IMG/VR virus record: IMGVR_UViG_3300042731_001312
Coordinates: 1-64,000 of that record
DNA: 64,000 nucleotides
Strand: one strand, 5' to 3'
From: a virus
Part shown: positions 39,101 to 47,685 of the stretch, in pieces
Position numbering within the stretch: position 1 is the first letter of the stretch
Layout of the letters: every line of letters begins with the position of its first letter
Notes under the pieces: generated by a model
What the model saw: the letters and a program-made list of their open reading frames with translations, nothing else
The model's database searches: none
What the model was told of the DNA's origin: nothing
Program-made: the position numbers and the translations under genes

Positions 39101-41098
39101 TTCGCTGATACAATATTTAAAGGTTTAAAAGTAATCTTTAAGAATAGAAAAGAGTTTGCTTCTAGTAGCCCTGTTGATTTTGTGAAATCACCTGAGTTCA
39201 ATGGATATAAGTTTAGTATCTTATTAAATGTAAAAACAGCACAAGAGTCTAATGGTATTGAGTACGAAGTTATTCAAAATAAGAAGTTTAAGTTTGTAGT
39301 ATTCTTTATTTCTCTAAGCATTGATGATCTTTGGGCAGATAAGACTCTGACTAGAAAATTATTATATGAGTTAAATCACTCTTTAGTTTGGAATAATGAG
39401 GAACAAACGTTTAAGTATTCTGATATTAAATTAGACGGCTCTTTAGATCTTAATTCTGCAAACCTAACTAATCCTGCAGCACCTGATTATTTAAAGATAC
39501 AGGGCCTGATGCACGCGGACGGTACAGAACCACAATATTTAGAACAGGTAAATAAAAACGTCGATGACGAGTTTGGTAATATATTAGTCGAGATAAACAC
39601 TGCATTTGGACCACAATACTTATTGTTAGAGATTGCTAAAATTGATGGACAAGATGGTATGACTCTAAAGTCACCGCCTAAAGATATTACAAACGGTGAT
39701 GTTAATCCACCAGACGCTGATATTGATAATCTGCCCCACTACTTACAATACAATGCTAAGTATACTTATATCCAAGGGGGTATCAATGCGTACAAAGCAA
39801 TCTTAGACGCATTAACTGCTAAAAACGTAGCAGATATGTTATTAAGAGACCCTGGTAATGTGGAATATACTACTGTGAATCTAGATGGCAGCATTTCTAA
39901 AAATAGATTTATTATTCTGTTCGAAGATGGTGTTGAGATAGTTAAAGAGTCTTATATTGTAACAGTTGAAGATGATGACAAACCTGAATCGTTTAAATTA
40001 TTCTCCGGTAATATAGGCTATAATCTAGATAGAGGCTTAACTTACTATCCGTTTTTAATTAGACATAATGGTGGTTATACAATTGATACTAGACCTGTAG
40101 TAACATTTACTGATGTTTACTCACACATGAAAACTAATACTCTACAGAATAGCGTTAATTCTACTGAGGTCTTGTTAGAAGAACAGATGTATAAGCATTC
40201 GCTTTCTAACGTTGCTGAAATTGAATTAGCGAAAGATTACTATAAGAAATATAATAGATGTGGAGTAGCGTTTAACTTAGGTTTTATTTATGATGGTGGA
40301 AATCATGATGCTAACTGGGGTTATATTAAAAACCACTTCTATAGAAAGGTAAATGAATTTAATACAAGTGGTGTAACTAAATTATCTACATCGACTGATA
40401 AACTACCACTCTACCCATTAATAGGTGAAGTGGCAATTGATAAAAAAGACGTACACGTCTTTAAATCTTCGTGGGATAAAAACTATTATACTAGATCTTT
40501 ATCAGGTGGAGTAAATGAACAAGTACCGGGAACATTTGAGACTAAGGAGGAGAGATCGTATTTAGCCTCTACAATTATGAAAGTAAAAGATAGTTATACT
40601 CTGTTAGATTTTGAAGTCCAGCAAGTGGAATCAGAAGCAGAACAAGACGATATTTTACAGAGCTCAACTAACACAACAGACGTTGTAATGTTTGAGGATG
40701 ATGAAAGAGTTGTATTTGATTTTTATATCGACTTTTCAGTTAATAAAAAATTAAGTACAGACGGCGTATTGTCGGGTATTACAAAATATGTAACTCCTGA
40801 AAATTCTGCTGAAGATAAGACTACTTTAGTAGATGATGCAGCGCTGTATATTGATAAAAATTTGGTTAATATATTTAATTTGAATCAAATTAAACTCTAT
40901 ACTAAGCGTATAAAAGGGGAACCATCTACACTTGAAAGCGTGTCAACGCTAGATGGACTAGATGACAACGGTTTTGTAGCGGATCAGAACTTCTCATTCA
41001 CTGCGCACGAGCAAAAGCCCCTTAATTTTAGATTGATATATAATAAAAGATTAGGTTACTCTTATAGAATTAGACCTATGGTAAAAATAACGTCATAA
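33131..41098 (+). CDS. Giant virion protein: N-terminal Thr-rich linker, Ig-like (Big/cadherin) and Cys-containing repeats fused to a long C-terminal body
   Basis: 2655 aa; DTFQYKVVD..G...T.TI.ITV, NTAP, DADGHALTY, FEITAADGFGG. Confidence 0.7.
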   Translation: MAIVTKQFSTSGYSTAWLAANDAGSVGATSALFFDDADTTNGQSSTTASLLEVGDVIYNDNGAGGLGTAFEGSGLFYINTSDTTIVEINDSGQVLSIQDVTSITSTTTTTIGEEPTTTSTTSTTTETPTTTTTSTTTTTSTTTTTTDGPPIASNFSRSMVNSGNGESVVLDFSDPATGGWSGNAVTDNEDSFAADTLNIYIVSVPGNGTILDDNDNNSNTPLVVNDVLLNTSGQPSIEYIPNTNYSIGGTDTFQYKVVDSAGNETTGTISITVNGPANTAPTTSPITVAINSAENGDSVFFNIRDYVSDDSDAVSTLIYYWCDSNGNNASLITSAGTLPTELYGNLALGTGPNPQLITYTYTGSTLTPNDSSLTETFYYKVEDTEGATSGVQSITINMTPPGNVNPVFNPISETRQVVQYNSVSGNVAQYASDADGHALTYTYTQTSGQGNFTLGQSTGSWTYSSGSWSIAPNTTVNAVFEITAADGFGGTAVYTLTIQVTGVSYISVQRSSFTNTSDNACNQSRSTTTYINVSEATSINNLAIGDSLYSTTALNDKVSASTSSQGWLSIQQDLGGTTGVVVKSVQIDTDGVIQNVINCAVSTGNAWQIKVLYSTDVVDLCNGQYEATLVWQNVIDTGDGPYASLADVVAQGGQLFSNEYYANQYSGAIAPDEACVPPGFYMDGPAFDAEQYYEFTAGAWDGSAQACPQQIMWTTESVTVFYSPNNEMEISAACSSGEDLIQTTLWFRINTEHVIELTDEEARLNYIMQNQVVIFDYQGAASSLDYSKMPSSRVYIAALADNNSTSGYVPTDKFAIWTNDNSSGYTGNYNWQGVDANGTIIDGTASTLLASCSTQFTQPDANGDFCLGLEGNTCDPSSSNNSRENVFYAFYSCIVKFENGVPYWPMYVIDGMHTIAPTSTSYIKEFVDVHGNTPVKIGGDTMLECMTLQHKIFAVNVDDAISILDSIPEYNGDDIRPMSINPVDLGFTSGATIKYGYAECNDCILGDLAPNSFTLDLVDDAEIINRSIPNFDLEKNYELDNVSKPLLRTNPKLSTNAKLVVNSSGKMFLESINATKELSSVEYKKWALQKEGKWSYDLYNFFKTNKTPLDQVYLPKKSFSDFTVHESFAKQIEEDYHYGTTYNYSKLHDEDFRILAPIWLDKHIPSKFVIFRVNDPAALDFDSASNFNNITEILKNSEIIKSFDLTRKSELGTYIRNHVQSESFPRTPINVNFDKNERTAFNGIDMKKGGFTSKGEYLYEDFVKKDQTIIAENNLITGGFERNALACANLINMEFLFNDDAASDYAVNRYFGLYVNDIDSGYGSLESANNGQLKFKVLNSYINDDAKSAIPPFSLIDNTPTLGYAHISDNFYKISPRVLYKPENLEVIVEDSANKIPAEVKLAPTGRSIEMSTSSAAGNDFIKLDVVDTPAVNDRLAIFPSKEQTYRIKFSRYTQNDSFTLGLIVDPNGGYTSINFTLQADLDDSINLLNFIFNAPSGGNIVFEKETDSSIIFYEKKGTLRPMEPMLTPDVNNTTLARIEELQVPYDLANNMFFAVDHLPAGHFNGTSFSSQGTKSEIASALAKAINSIDNGFTAITYDKAEHLYIKTNVIGYKLLQAGVAIPHDNSSDWLTIDEANRDDGNLLRLNIIENATVDLLSNSSIYYFSGGNAAGKSVLVTEDSVSNINAGDYIETRSSGVYNRVVDIVDDIERLPMQYKKVILERINTIDAGEINVFADNLVRLGLFSAFDIHDMNFDFYDTSNSDLKELQWETHGEINYEPEVNNLNDIYPFGDKDNTDYTLDPINYFTGLSDVLAEETADEFDEVIIQSEYDRLQENNLKEYAVTSRVVPTINKWVLKDVTTVREQPYYLNANEAFGRSNFAADLSFPNRDRLGMTHEWFYINNLPTHLIKNQGDNQNPAYRLNESFSYINFMEGFEMTPALFKDVNYNYFDRFFVTEGFETIGDNNYKTFVKTNRQKKYTTVNGGNDMAFADTIFKGLKVIFKNRKEFASSSPVDFVKSPEFNGYKFSILLNVKTAQESNGIEYEVIQNKKFKFVVFFISLSIDDLWADKTLTRKLLYELNHSLVWNNEEQTFKYSDIKLDGSLDLNSANLTNPAAPDYLKIQGLMHADGTEPQYLEQVNKNVDDEFGNILVEINTAFGPQYLLLEIAKIDGQDGMTLKSPPKDITNGDVNPPDADIDNLPHYLQYNAKYTYIQGGINAYKAILDALTAKNVADMLLRDPGNVEYTTVNLDGSISKNRFIILFEDGVEIVKESYIVTVEDDDKPESFKLFSGNIGYNLDRGLTYYPFLIRHNGGYTIDTRPVVTFTDVYSHMKTNTLQNSVNSTEVLLEEQMYKHSLSNVAEIELAKDYYKKYNRCGVAFNLGFIYDGGNHDANWGYIKNHFYRKVNEFNTSGVTKLSTSTDKLPLYPLIGEVAIDKKDVHVFKSSWDKNYYTRSLSGGVNEQVPGTFETKEERSYLASTIMKVKDSYTLLDFEVQQVESEAEQDDILQSSTNTTDVVMFEDDERVVFDFYIDFSVNKKLSTDGVLSGITKYVTPENSAEDKTTLVDDAALYIDKNLVNIFNLNQIKLYTKRIKGEPSTLESVSTLDGLDDNGFVADQNFSFTAHEQKPLNFRLIYNKRLGYSYRIRPMVKITS

Positions 41099-41102
41099 AG
41101 GC

Positions 41103-43049
41103 ATGGCCATTAATATTCAAGAAATACTACATCCTAGTGACTCTAACCAGATTAAGTGGGAAAAGGTTAACTATAACTTTGACCAAATCCTGGCTAATGG
41201 TGGCGGGCCGAAGGGACAAAAAGGCTCGAAAGGGATTCAAGGCGCGGTCGGTCAAACCGGTGCAAAAGGTGAACAAGGGTTTAAAGGTGAAAAGGGTGAA
41301 ACAGGTGCAACTACATCTAGATGGAAAACAATTACAGTTGATGAGAGTCCAGAAGATGGTATTGCAGAATACGTAATCTTAAAACCTAAAGTCTCTACGG
41401 ATAACTATCACCCTGTAATTTTCTTGGGTGACCAAACATTTGATGAACTAGCAGAGCAGGACGGTGAGATCAGATTAAGATCTACCCTGACTATTGGTAG
41501 ACATGCGGTGGAAGGTTTAAGCCCGTCTAATGAACTATTAACTTTATGGCACGGTGAAAGAACCGGCACAACTAATAATATAGCCATTACTTTTTCAACT
41601 TCTGAAGAGACTGATGGTACAACAGATTGGACTAGATTCACATTAGATGAAACATACGGTCTTAATCTAAATACTAATCCAGCTGAAGTTATTGAATTTT
41701 ACGCTGGCCTAGATAAATGGACATTTAACACTAATGTTTCTTTTGATGGTACAGATAGCACATTAAAATTACCTAATACATTTATTGCAGCTAATCTTTT
41801 AGAGGCAGGTATGATTAGGTTCTATGATAATTCTTTTTGGGGTGTAATTGACAACGCAGGTACTTTAGAGTGGAAGCAATTCTGTATGGCTCCATGTGGT
41901 GCTGGTATTGGTGGCTCTGTAAGTATTGTCGAAGAAGGTGATTTAGTTCTAAATCAATTCGGTAATCCATGGGGCAACTCAGTGAATATTGTTGAAGAGG
42001 GTAACTTAGAATTAAATAATACAGGCCAACCTTGGGGTGGTAACACTACTACGACCACGGCTAGCCCATCTCCAGCTCCATATACAATATCTTTTGATGA
42101 TGGTAATATTTTAGGACTTGGTTCTACGGGCGGATCTTTAGAGATTGCATATACAACAGGCCCAGTTGATGGTTTAATTTTATATGATAGTATTGTAACT
42201 ACTCCTAGTTGGGTAACAGTTGATTCATATTTAGAGGGCTCGTTAGATTGTAGCGTAAGTACTAATACGGGTGGTGCTAGATCTGGTGTAATTACAATTA
42301 AACACCCGAATAACATTGGTGTAACAGATACTATTACAATATCACAGAATGCTGCACCAGCGACGACACAGGCTCCTACGACACAGGCTCCTACGACGAC
42401 TGCGGCGCCGGTAACGCTAACCTTATATGATAACGGTTCCGCTACAGCACCTCTAACGTTCTCGTCAACGGTTTCTAGTAAATTAGCAAGCTGGTCAATA
42501 AGTCAATCTGGTTCAGTAACTGTTGGTAATGTTCCTAACTGGCTAACGGTCTCCGTGGCTAACCTGGCTTCAAATGGTGGAACTATAACAATGAATTTAG
42601 CGCAGTCGCCAGTAGATTCAATAGCCACAACACTTACCGTTGAAGATAATTACGGTAATACTGGTACTATTTGGGTACAATATGATGCGGGTGGTAGAGA
42701 AGTTATTACAACGACAACTGACTCTGGTGCAGGTGGAGGTACAGGTGAAACAACGACAACTGACTCCGGCGCAGGTGGAGGTACAGGTGAAACTACGACG
42801 ACTAGCGCACCTACCGGCTCCGGGGGTGGTTCTGGGGAAGGTAGCGGTACTTGTAGGAGTTACACATTAAATAATAATAGTTACAACGCCTCTATTTTAT
42901 ATTCATACTACCACTGTACTAATGGTTACACGACAGTAACCGTAGGACCGTACATGCCTATAACAGTTTGTTCTGAAGGGGCACCAACTTGTACGTCTAA
43001 CTGTAGTGGTGCATCTATTACAGGTGGAACTCAATCATGCATTGGTTAA
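41103..43049 (+). CDS. Collagen-like/BACON-domain fibre protein
   Basis: G-X-Y run (GPKGQKGSKGIQG...), BACON pattern (PSWVTV...NTGGARSGVITIKHP...TITISQ), Thr/Gly linkers, Cys-rich C-terminus. Confidence 0.8.
   Translation: MAINIQEILHPSDSNQIKWEKVNYNFDQILANGGGPKGQKGSKGIQGAVGQTGAKGEQGFKGEKGETGATTSRWKTITVDESPEDGIAEYVILKPKVSTDNYHPVIFLGDQTFDELAEQDGEIRLRSTLTIGRHAVEGLSPSNELLTLWHGERTGTTNNIAITFSTSEETDGTTDWTRFTLDETYGLNLNTNPAEVIEFYAGLDKWTFNTNVSFDGTDSTLKLPNTFIAANLLEAGMIRFYDNSFWGVIDNAGTLEWKQFCMAPCGAGIGGSVSIVEEGDLVLNQFGNPWGNSVNIVEEGNLELNNTGQPWGGNTTTTTASPSPAPYTISFDDGNILGLGSTGGSLEIAYTTGPVDGLILYDSIVTTPSWVTVDSYLEGSLDCSVSTNTGGARSGVITIKHPNNIGVTDTITISQNAAPATTQAPTTQAPTTTAAPVTLTLYDNGSATAPLTFSSTVSSKLASWSISQSGSVTVGNVPNWLTVSVANLASNGGTITMNLAQSPVDSIATTLTVEDNYGNTGTIWVQYDAGGREVITTTTDSGAGGGTGETTTTDSGAGGGTGETTTTSAPTGSGGGSGEGSGTCRSYTLNNNSYNASILYSYYHCTNGYTTVTVGPYMPITVCSEGAPTCTSNCSGASITGGTQSCIG
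42708..42791 (+). repeat. 42-bp tandem duplication (TTTTDSGAGGGTGE x2)
   Basis: Near-identical direct repeat. Confidence 0.9.
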
Positions 43050-43060
43050 TATTGTAAATT

Positions 43061-43867
43061 ATGAAAGATAAAATAAAAAATATACTCTCGAATAGGACTC
43101 TAGTAACATTTATCGCTGGAGCTCTTTTCGTATTGCTATTTCTTAAACAGTGTAATCAAATATCTGAATTAAAACAAGATGTAAAATACGCACAAGAAGA
43201 CGCTGGTATTGCACTAAGTAATTTTAGAGCAGCCCAAGATTCTATTAAGATATTAGTTGATAAGAACGGTAATCAATTGGCTCAAATTAGATCTTTTACT
43301 ATTGATTTAGATGATAAGAAGAATCAACTAATCAGCATGACTAATAAGTATAAGAAGGCTCTTAAATTAAACGATGAGCTTGAAGGAGTTAACGCTTTAA
43401 TCTCAGCTGAGCTTGCGTTAAAAGATAGCCTATTAGCAGAAGCAACTATAACTAGAATAGACTCTACTACAGCAAAAGTTAACTTTAGTTCATTTGATGA
43501 TTTCGGCAATGGTAATACTAGATCTTTAACAGGGTCAAGCTTGATTAAATATAATTACGGTAATTTTCAAGTTACTGACAGTAAGTTTGAAATTAGAAAT
43601 ACCCTAAGCCTATTAGCTGCTATTGAAAATGTAGATGGTAGTGATGTACTAAAATTATCAACATCATATCCTGGTTTAGAGATTAGAGATATTGAAAATT
43701 TAAATCTAATTAATACTAGATTAAATAGAAAAATAGAGAAAAAAGCAGGCTGGTCAATTGGTATTGGTGTGGGTTATGGTATTAACCTTAATAATAACCA
43801 AGTGATTAGCACCGGACCAAGTATTGGCTTAGGCTTATACTGGTCTCCAAAATTCTTAAGATTTTAA
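43061..43867 (+). CDS. Membrane-anchored coiled-coil protein with a C-terminal beta-hairpin (possibly lysis/spanin-like)
   Basis: N-terminal TM helix LVTFIAGALFVLLFL; coiled coil; GWSIGIGVGYG...GPSIGLGLYW...F. Confidence 0.55.
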   Translation: MKDKIKNILSNRTLVTFIAGALFVLLFLKQCNQISELKQDVKYAQEDAGIALSNFRAAQDSIKILVDKNGNQLAQIRSFTIDLDDKKNQLISMTNKYKKALKLNDELEGVNALISAELALKDSLLAEATITRIDSTTAKVNFSSFDDFGNGNTRSLTGSSLIKYNYGNFQVTDSKFEIRNTLSLLAAIENVDGSDVLKLSTSYPGLEIRDIENLNLINTRLNRKIEKKAGWSIGIGVGYGINLNNNQVISTGPSIGLGLYWSPKFLRF

Positions 43868-43870
43868 AAC

Positions 43871-45940
43871 ATGGCTGAATCATCAAGATATTTCAGAATA
43901 GACCAAGACATTCTACTTGAGTTTATCTACCACGATCAGGCAGATCCTGAAAAGTATCGTATTGAGGTAGATGATAATGGTAGTGAGGTAATGTTCTTAG
44001 ATGTGGAACAGGGTAATCCCTTTGGGACTAGACACCTGATTCATGAGCTAGGTAGTGCAGTTGTCAACTTTGATGTAACTGAAATTTCTGGTTATCTTGC
44101 GGTTGAAAACTTTGCTGCTAGAACTCTACTACTACAAAACGGTAAGACCTATAAATTTGATCTAAGTGCGCTGGCTAATCCGGCTGACTTTTCGATCAGC
44201 GGTAGTTTAGGTATATACTCGTACTCTGCTACAACTCAAATTGGAGAATTTACTCCTAACACAAACGGTACTGTAGATTATTCTTACCCTGGTTTAATAG
44301 GCGGTAAGATTACGGTTGATACTAGAGCTAACCCTCTATTTGCGTCACCTGACGAAGCAACAGGAAATGATATAAACCAGACTATTGGTAGATACCATGC
44401 TGTTAATGTTCCAGGTGGGGACAAGACTAAATATGCTCTATTAGGGTATGATTCTACCGGTAATTATGAAATGCATAATTTCATTAATAATTCGTTAGAG
44501 TGGACTGGATCTAGAGAAAACGATATGTTGAATTATCAGCAAGATGCTACTGATAATATTAATTTTATCTTATATGATACTGTAAGACTACACTTAAGAT
44601 CTGGATTTTCTTTTGCTGCTAGAGGTTATGAGGGTTTCTTATTCGAGGTTAGTACTGAGAGAAATAATGCTGTTAAAAACTTTTTAACTCAATTAGTTTA
44701 TCTAAATCAAAGTAACTATGAGTTCTCTAACCCAAGACCATTTATTTTAGGTGAGACTCTTTGGTCTAAATATATTAATATCAAAGTACCTTCAATTGTT
44801 GGTCAAAACCAAGAGTTCTTAGATAGATTCTATGGAGATGGTACATTAGGTGGTAGTGATCTTAATCCATATTCTAACTATAATATTTCTTTTAAACTAT
44901 TAGATCAGTTACAGACTATTAATGGTTATGATTTTGTATATACCGCAGAGGGTAATGATTTTACCGTTGCTAGAGAAGATGAATATGTTGATTTTACAGT
45001 TGTAGTGGAAGATGCTAATGACGGAGATTACTTTAAGATCTACGGAGAGAAGGATAACTCTTTAGCCGGCTTCGAGGGCCACATTCTAAATAGAATACAA
45101 ACTTCTTCAGATGATATTGTAGTTATTTTCGATGTAGATGTTTTTGAGCAAATAGGAACATCTTATGTGAAAACTTCTACTAATACGTTTACCCAATACG
45201 AAGATTTTAGTACTCCTATTACGTTTAGACCTGTGATTCAAAATGCTGGTACTGCTGTTAATTTCTCGATCGACGTAACGATGAGAATTTACAACCAGAC
45301 TGATAATACTCAAATCACTAAACGAGCGTCGCTAATAACACACCAAGCAAATAAGTATGGTAAAAGATTAGCTGCTCTAAAGATTGATAATCCAAATATT
45401 TTAACAGAAGTCTATAATGTTTTACCTAGTTTAACTTCTAATAAAACTATCTCAGGGTTTATCACTGATAATTTACCTAGATCTGTAAAATACGTACCCA
45501 CATTTATTGAGAGGTACAACGTAATTGCATCGGCATCTAAGGTAGAGTTATTAGGCGCAGGAACTAACGAGATGATTAAAGATGTGGAAGAGGTGGATTC
45601 TTCTGGCTTTGTAAATGAAGGAGACTTAAATATTAGTATTCCACCGTTTGCTACATATATTAAATTCGTAATAGGCAAGAAAAGAGGGGATGACTTTGAG
45701 TTAATTTCTTTTGAGAATGCCGAGCTGGTGATTTTAACCTTTAATGATGGTGCAACTAAATTGAAGTTCAACCACGTCTATAACAAAGATATTGATATGG
45801 GTAACGGTGAAGTCTTATTTAAGATTAACGAACAGAACGCTAATACAATTAGAGGCATGAAGTCTAATACATTCTATATCAGTATTGATAATGGTACAGA
45901 TGAGACTATGATTACTAAAGGAAAATTCACTAACGTATAA
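43871..45940 (+). CDS. Putative virion structural protein
   Basis: 689-aa beta-rich ORF in the structural module. Confidence 0.55.
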   Translation: MAESSRYFRIDQDILLEFIYHDQADPEKYRIEVDDNGSEVMFLDVEQGNPFGTRHLIHELGSAVVNFDVTEISGYLAVENFAARTLLLQNGKTYKFDLSALANPADFSISGSLGIYSYSATTQIGEFTPNTNGTVDYSYPGLIGGKITVDTRANPLFASPDEATGNDINQTIGRYHAVNVPGGDKTKYALLGYDSTGNYEMHNFINNSLEWTGSRENDMLNYQQDATDNINFILYDTVRLHLRSGFSFAARGYEGFLFEVSTERNNAVKNFLTQLVYLNQSNYEFSNPRPFILGETLWSKYINIKVPSIVGQNQEFLDRFYGDGTLGGSDLNPYSNYNISFKLLDQLQTINGYDFVYTAEGNDFTVAREDEYVDFTVVVEDANDGDYFKIYGEKDNSLAGFEGHILNRIQTSSDDIVVIFDVDVFEQIGTSYVKTSTNTFTQYEDFSTPITFRPVIQNAGTAVNFSIDVTMRIYNQTDNTQITKRASLITHQANKYGKRLAALKIDNPNILTEVYNVLPSLTSNKTISGFITDNLPRSVKYVPTFIERYNVIASASKVELLGAGTNEMIKDVEEVDSSGFVNEGDLNISIPPFATYIKFVIGKKRGDDFELISFENAELVILTFNDGATKLKFNHVYNKDIDMGNGEVLFKINEQNANTIRGMKSNTFYISIDNGTDETMITKGKFTNV

Positions 45941-46491
45941 TGATACTCAATAGTAGAAATAATTCATTTGATTTTAGATTTCCAAGAAACTTTATTCCTA
46001 AAGAAGTATCTGAGAAATACAAGAAGTACTTGAACAAAGTGCCTGGTGGACTTTTAGCCGAACCTGTTGATTTTGTCAATTACTCTATCCAGGGTATTAA
46101 CATCCCAGGTGTGGCGTTTGACCCAATTACTCAAGCAGATAATGATGGTACAACAAGATACCATAGAGGTGCAGTGCCAATTCAGAATACAATTACTAGA
46201 GAGTTCACAGTGACTATGCAACTCCTAGATGGTTTTATTAACTACTGGATTATGATGGACACTCTACTTTATTATTATGCAAGGTCTACTAAAGAGCCTT
46301 ACATTGACCCATTTACTCTAAGGATATTAGATGCTGAAGGTAGTTCGGTGGCATATATGGAGTTCAATAAAATTATTATGAATTCTATCAATGAGCTTAA
46401 TCTTAACATGGCAGAGAACGTCGCAGATTTTAGCACGTTTGAATGTACATTTGTATACAATAAGCTCGACCTGAAATTAGAAATAGAATAA
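45940..46491 (+). CDS. Tail completion/tube terminator, gp3-like
   Basis: FDFRFP, VNYSIQGINIPGV, FTVTMQL.D...NY, FSTFECTFVY (tube fold). Confidence 0.6.
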   Translation: MILNSRNNSFDFRFPRNFIPKEVSEKYKKYLNKVPGGLLAEPVDFVNYSIQGINIPGVAFDPITQADNDGTTRYHRGAVPIQNTITREFTVTMQLLDGFINYWIMMDTLLYYYARSTKEPYIDPFTLRILDAEGSSVAYMEFNKIIMNSINELNLNMAENVADFSTFECTFVYNKLDLKLEIE

Positions 46492-46504
46492 AGATATATA
46501 AATC

Positions 46505-46876
46505 ATGAGAACATTTAATGAATATTTAGTAGAGCAAAAGATTACTGAGACTGATATGCAACTCTTACAAGAGGGTTTACAGTCTGAGTGGACTCCTGAA
46601 CTAGAAGAAAAGGTAGATCTAGCTCTAGAACAATTTGTAACACAGTACCTAAACGAAGAGACTGGGCAATTTGATTTAGATAGATTAGAAGAAGATATAA
46701 TTGAAGAGGGTCTACTAGGTTCTATTATTGGTGGTCTAACTGGTTTTGCATTAGGCAAATCAATTGGTAAAATGATCGCTAAGGTTCTCGGTATTCAAAA
46801 AGGTATCTTCTACGATTTATTAACCTCCAGATTAGTCGGTGCTGCCCTAGGCGCTGCAATGGGAAAAAGAATCTAA
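46505..46876 (+). CDS. Putative internal head protein with an acidic pro-region and a glycine-zipper membrane segment
   Basis: MRTFNEYLVE; IIEE|GLLGSIIGGLTGFALG...LVGAALGAAMG. Confidence 0.65.
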   Translation: MRTFNEYLVEQKITETDMQLLQEGLQSEWTPELEEKVDLALEQFVTQYLNEETGQFDLDRLEEDIIEEGLLGSIIGGLTGFALGKSIGKMIAKVLGIQKGIFYDLLTSRLVGAALGAAMGKRI

Positions 46877-46877
46877 T

Positions 46878-47549
46878 TTGAATCTCGTCACAGTCGACTT
46901 CTCGCTTAATTCCCCTGGTATTTGTATCTGGCAGTCTGATACAGATGAATATCACTTTGTCTCCTATATTAAAGCAGGTCAAGGTACAAAAGCAGAACAA
47001 AAACACCAAGAAGAAATTTCTACGTTCTCAGACGTAACTCTAGTTCATCAACCCGACTGGAAAGCTAATTTAGGTGATTATGCTAAAAATGAATTGGCTA
47101 AAGTCAGAAGATATATGCAAATGGCAGATCAGATTATTAATCTAATTGTCAGCATTACACAAACTAAGCAAAATTACTATATTGCTTTCGAGGGCTCATC
47201 TTATGGTTCAAAGATGGGTACTAATAATATCATCGACATGGCGGCAGGTGCAGCCATTCTAAAAGAACAGATGATTTCTCAGCTTGACGTCAAAGATCTA
47301 TTGACAGTAGCTCCTACTACAATTAAGAAACATGCTGGAAAGGGTAATATGAATAAAGCTGCTCTATGGAAAGCTTTTATCGATAATGTTTTACAAGATG
47401 AACAACTTGCAAAGTCGTCCCTATTCACTTATTGTCAGAAAGAAATTGGAGAGGTTAAGAAAGTTCCAAAGCCATTTGACGATCTAGTTGATGCCTGGTT
47501 TCTTAATCATTATTTACTAACTCAACTCGAGGGAAATTTGCCAGACTAA
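46878..47549 (+). CDS. RuvC-like Holliday junction resolvase/nuclease
   Basis: VDFSLNSPGIC, IAFEG.SYGS, VAPTTIKK.AGKGN.NK, DDLVDA. Confidence 0.85.
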   Translation: MNLVTVDFSLNSPGICIWQSDTDEYHFVSYIKAGQGTKAEQKHQEEISTFSDVTLVHQPDWKANLGDYAKNELAKVRRYMQMADQIINLIVSITQTKQNYYIAFEGSSYGSKMGTNNIIDMAAGAAILKEQMISQLDVKDLLTVAPTTIKKHAGKGNMNKAALWKAFIDNVLQDEQLAKSSLFTYCQKEIGEVKKVPKPFDDLVDAWFLNHYLLTQLEGNLPD

Positions 47550-47626
47550 CCAAGTCTCTGCCTTCAGGCTAATCTCTGCCTACAGTTCCATCCGCTAACT
47601 AATCTTTCCCCTGGGGTTAAATACAT
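47521..47626 (-). ncRNA. Candidate ~100-nt structured small RNA
   Basis: Starts just after a GAAAC-N18-TATAA promoter; folds by eye into a long GU-rich stem closing two small hairpins, on the minus strand only. Confidence 0.45.
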
Positions 47627-47629
47627 AAC

Positions 47630-47657
47630 TTATATGCGACTTCCCAGAAAAGGTTTC
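47630..47657 (-). promoter_or_regulatory. Putative middle-class promoter GAAAC-N18-TATAA
   Basis: Same consensus and spacing as 48484 and 63107. Confidence 0.6.
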
Positions 47658-47685
47658 AAAGCTCTCAAACTTTTTTCAAAAAACT

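Noticed and set aside
47521-47626. Hammerhead ribozyme, glycine riboswitch or SRP RNA identity for the candidate RNA; also a 20-aa ORF there
   Set aside because: Only partial matches (CUGAAGG, GCCUGAAGG) and the required cores and stems are missing; the ORF has essentially no leader and no recognisable features
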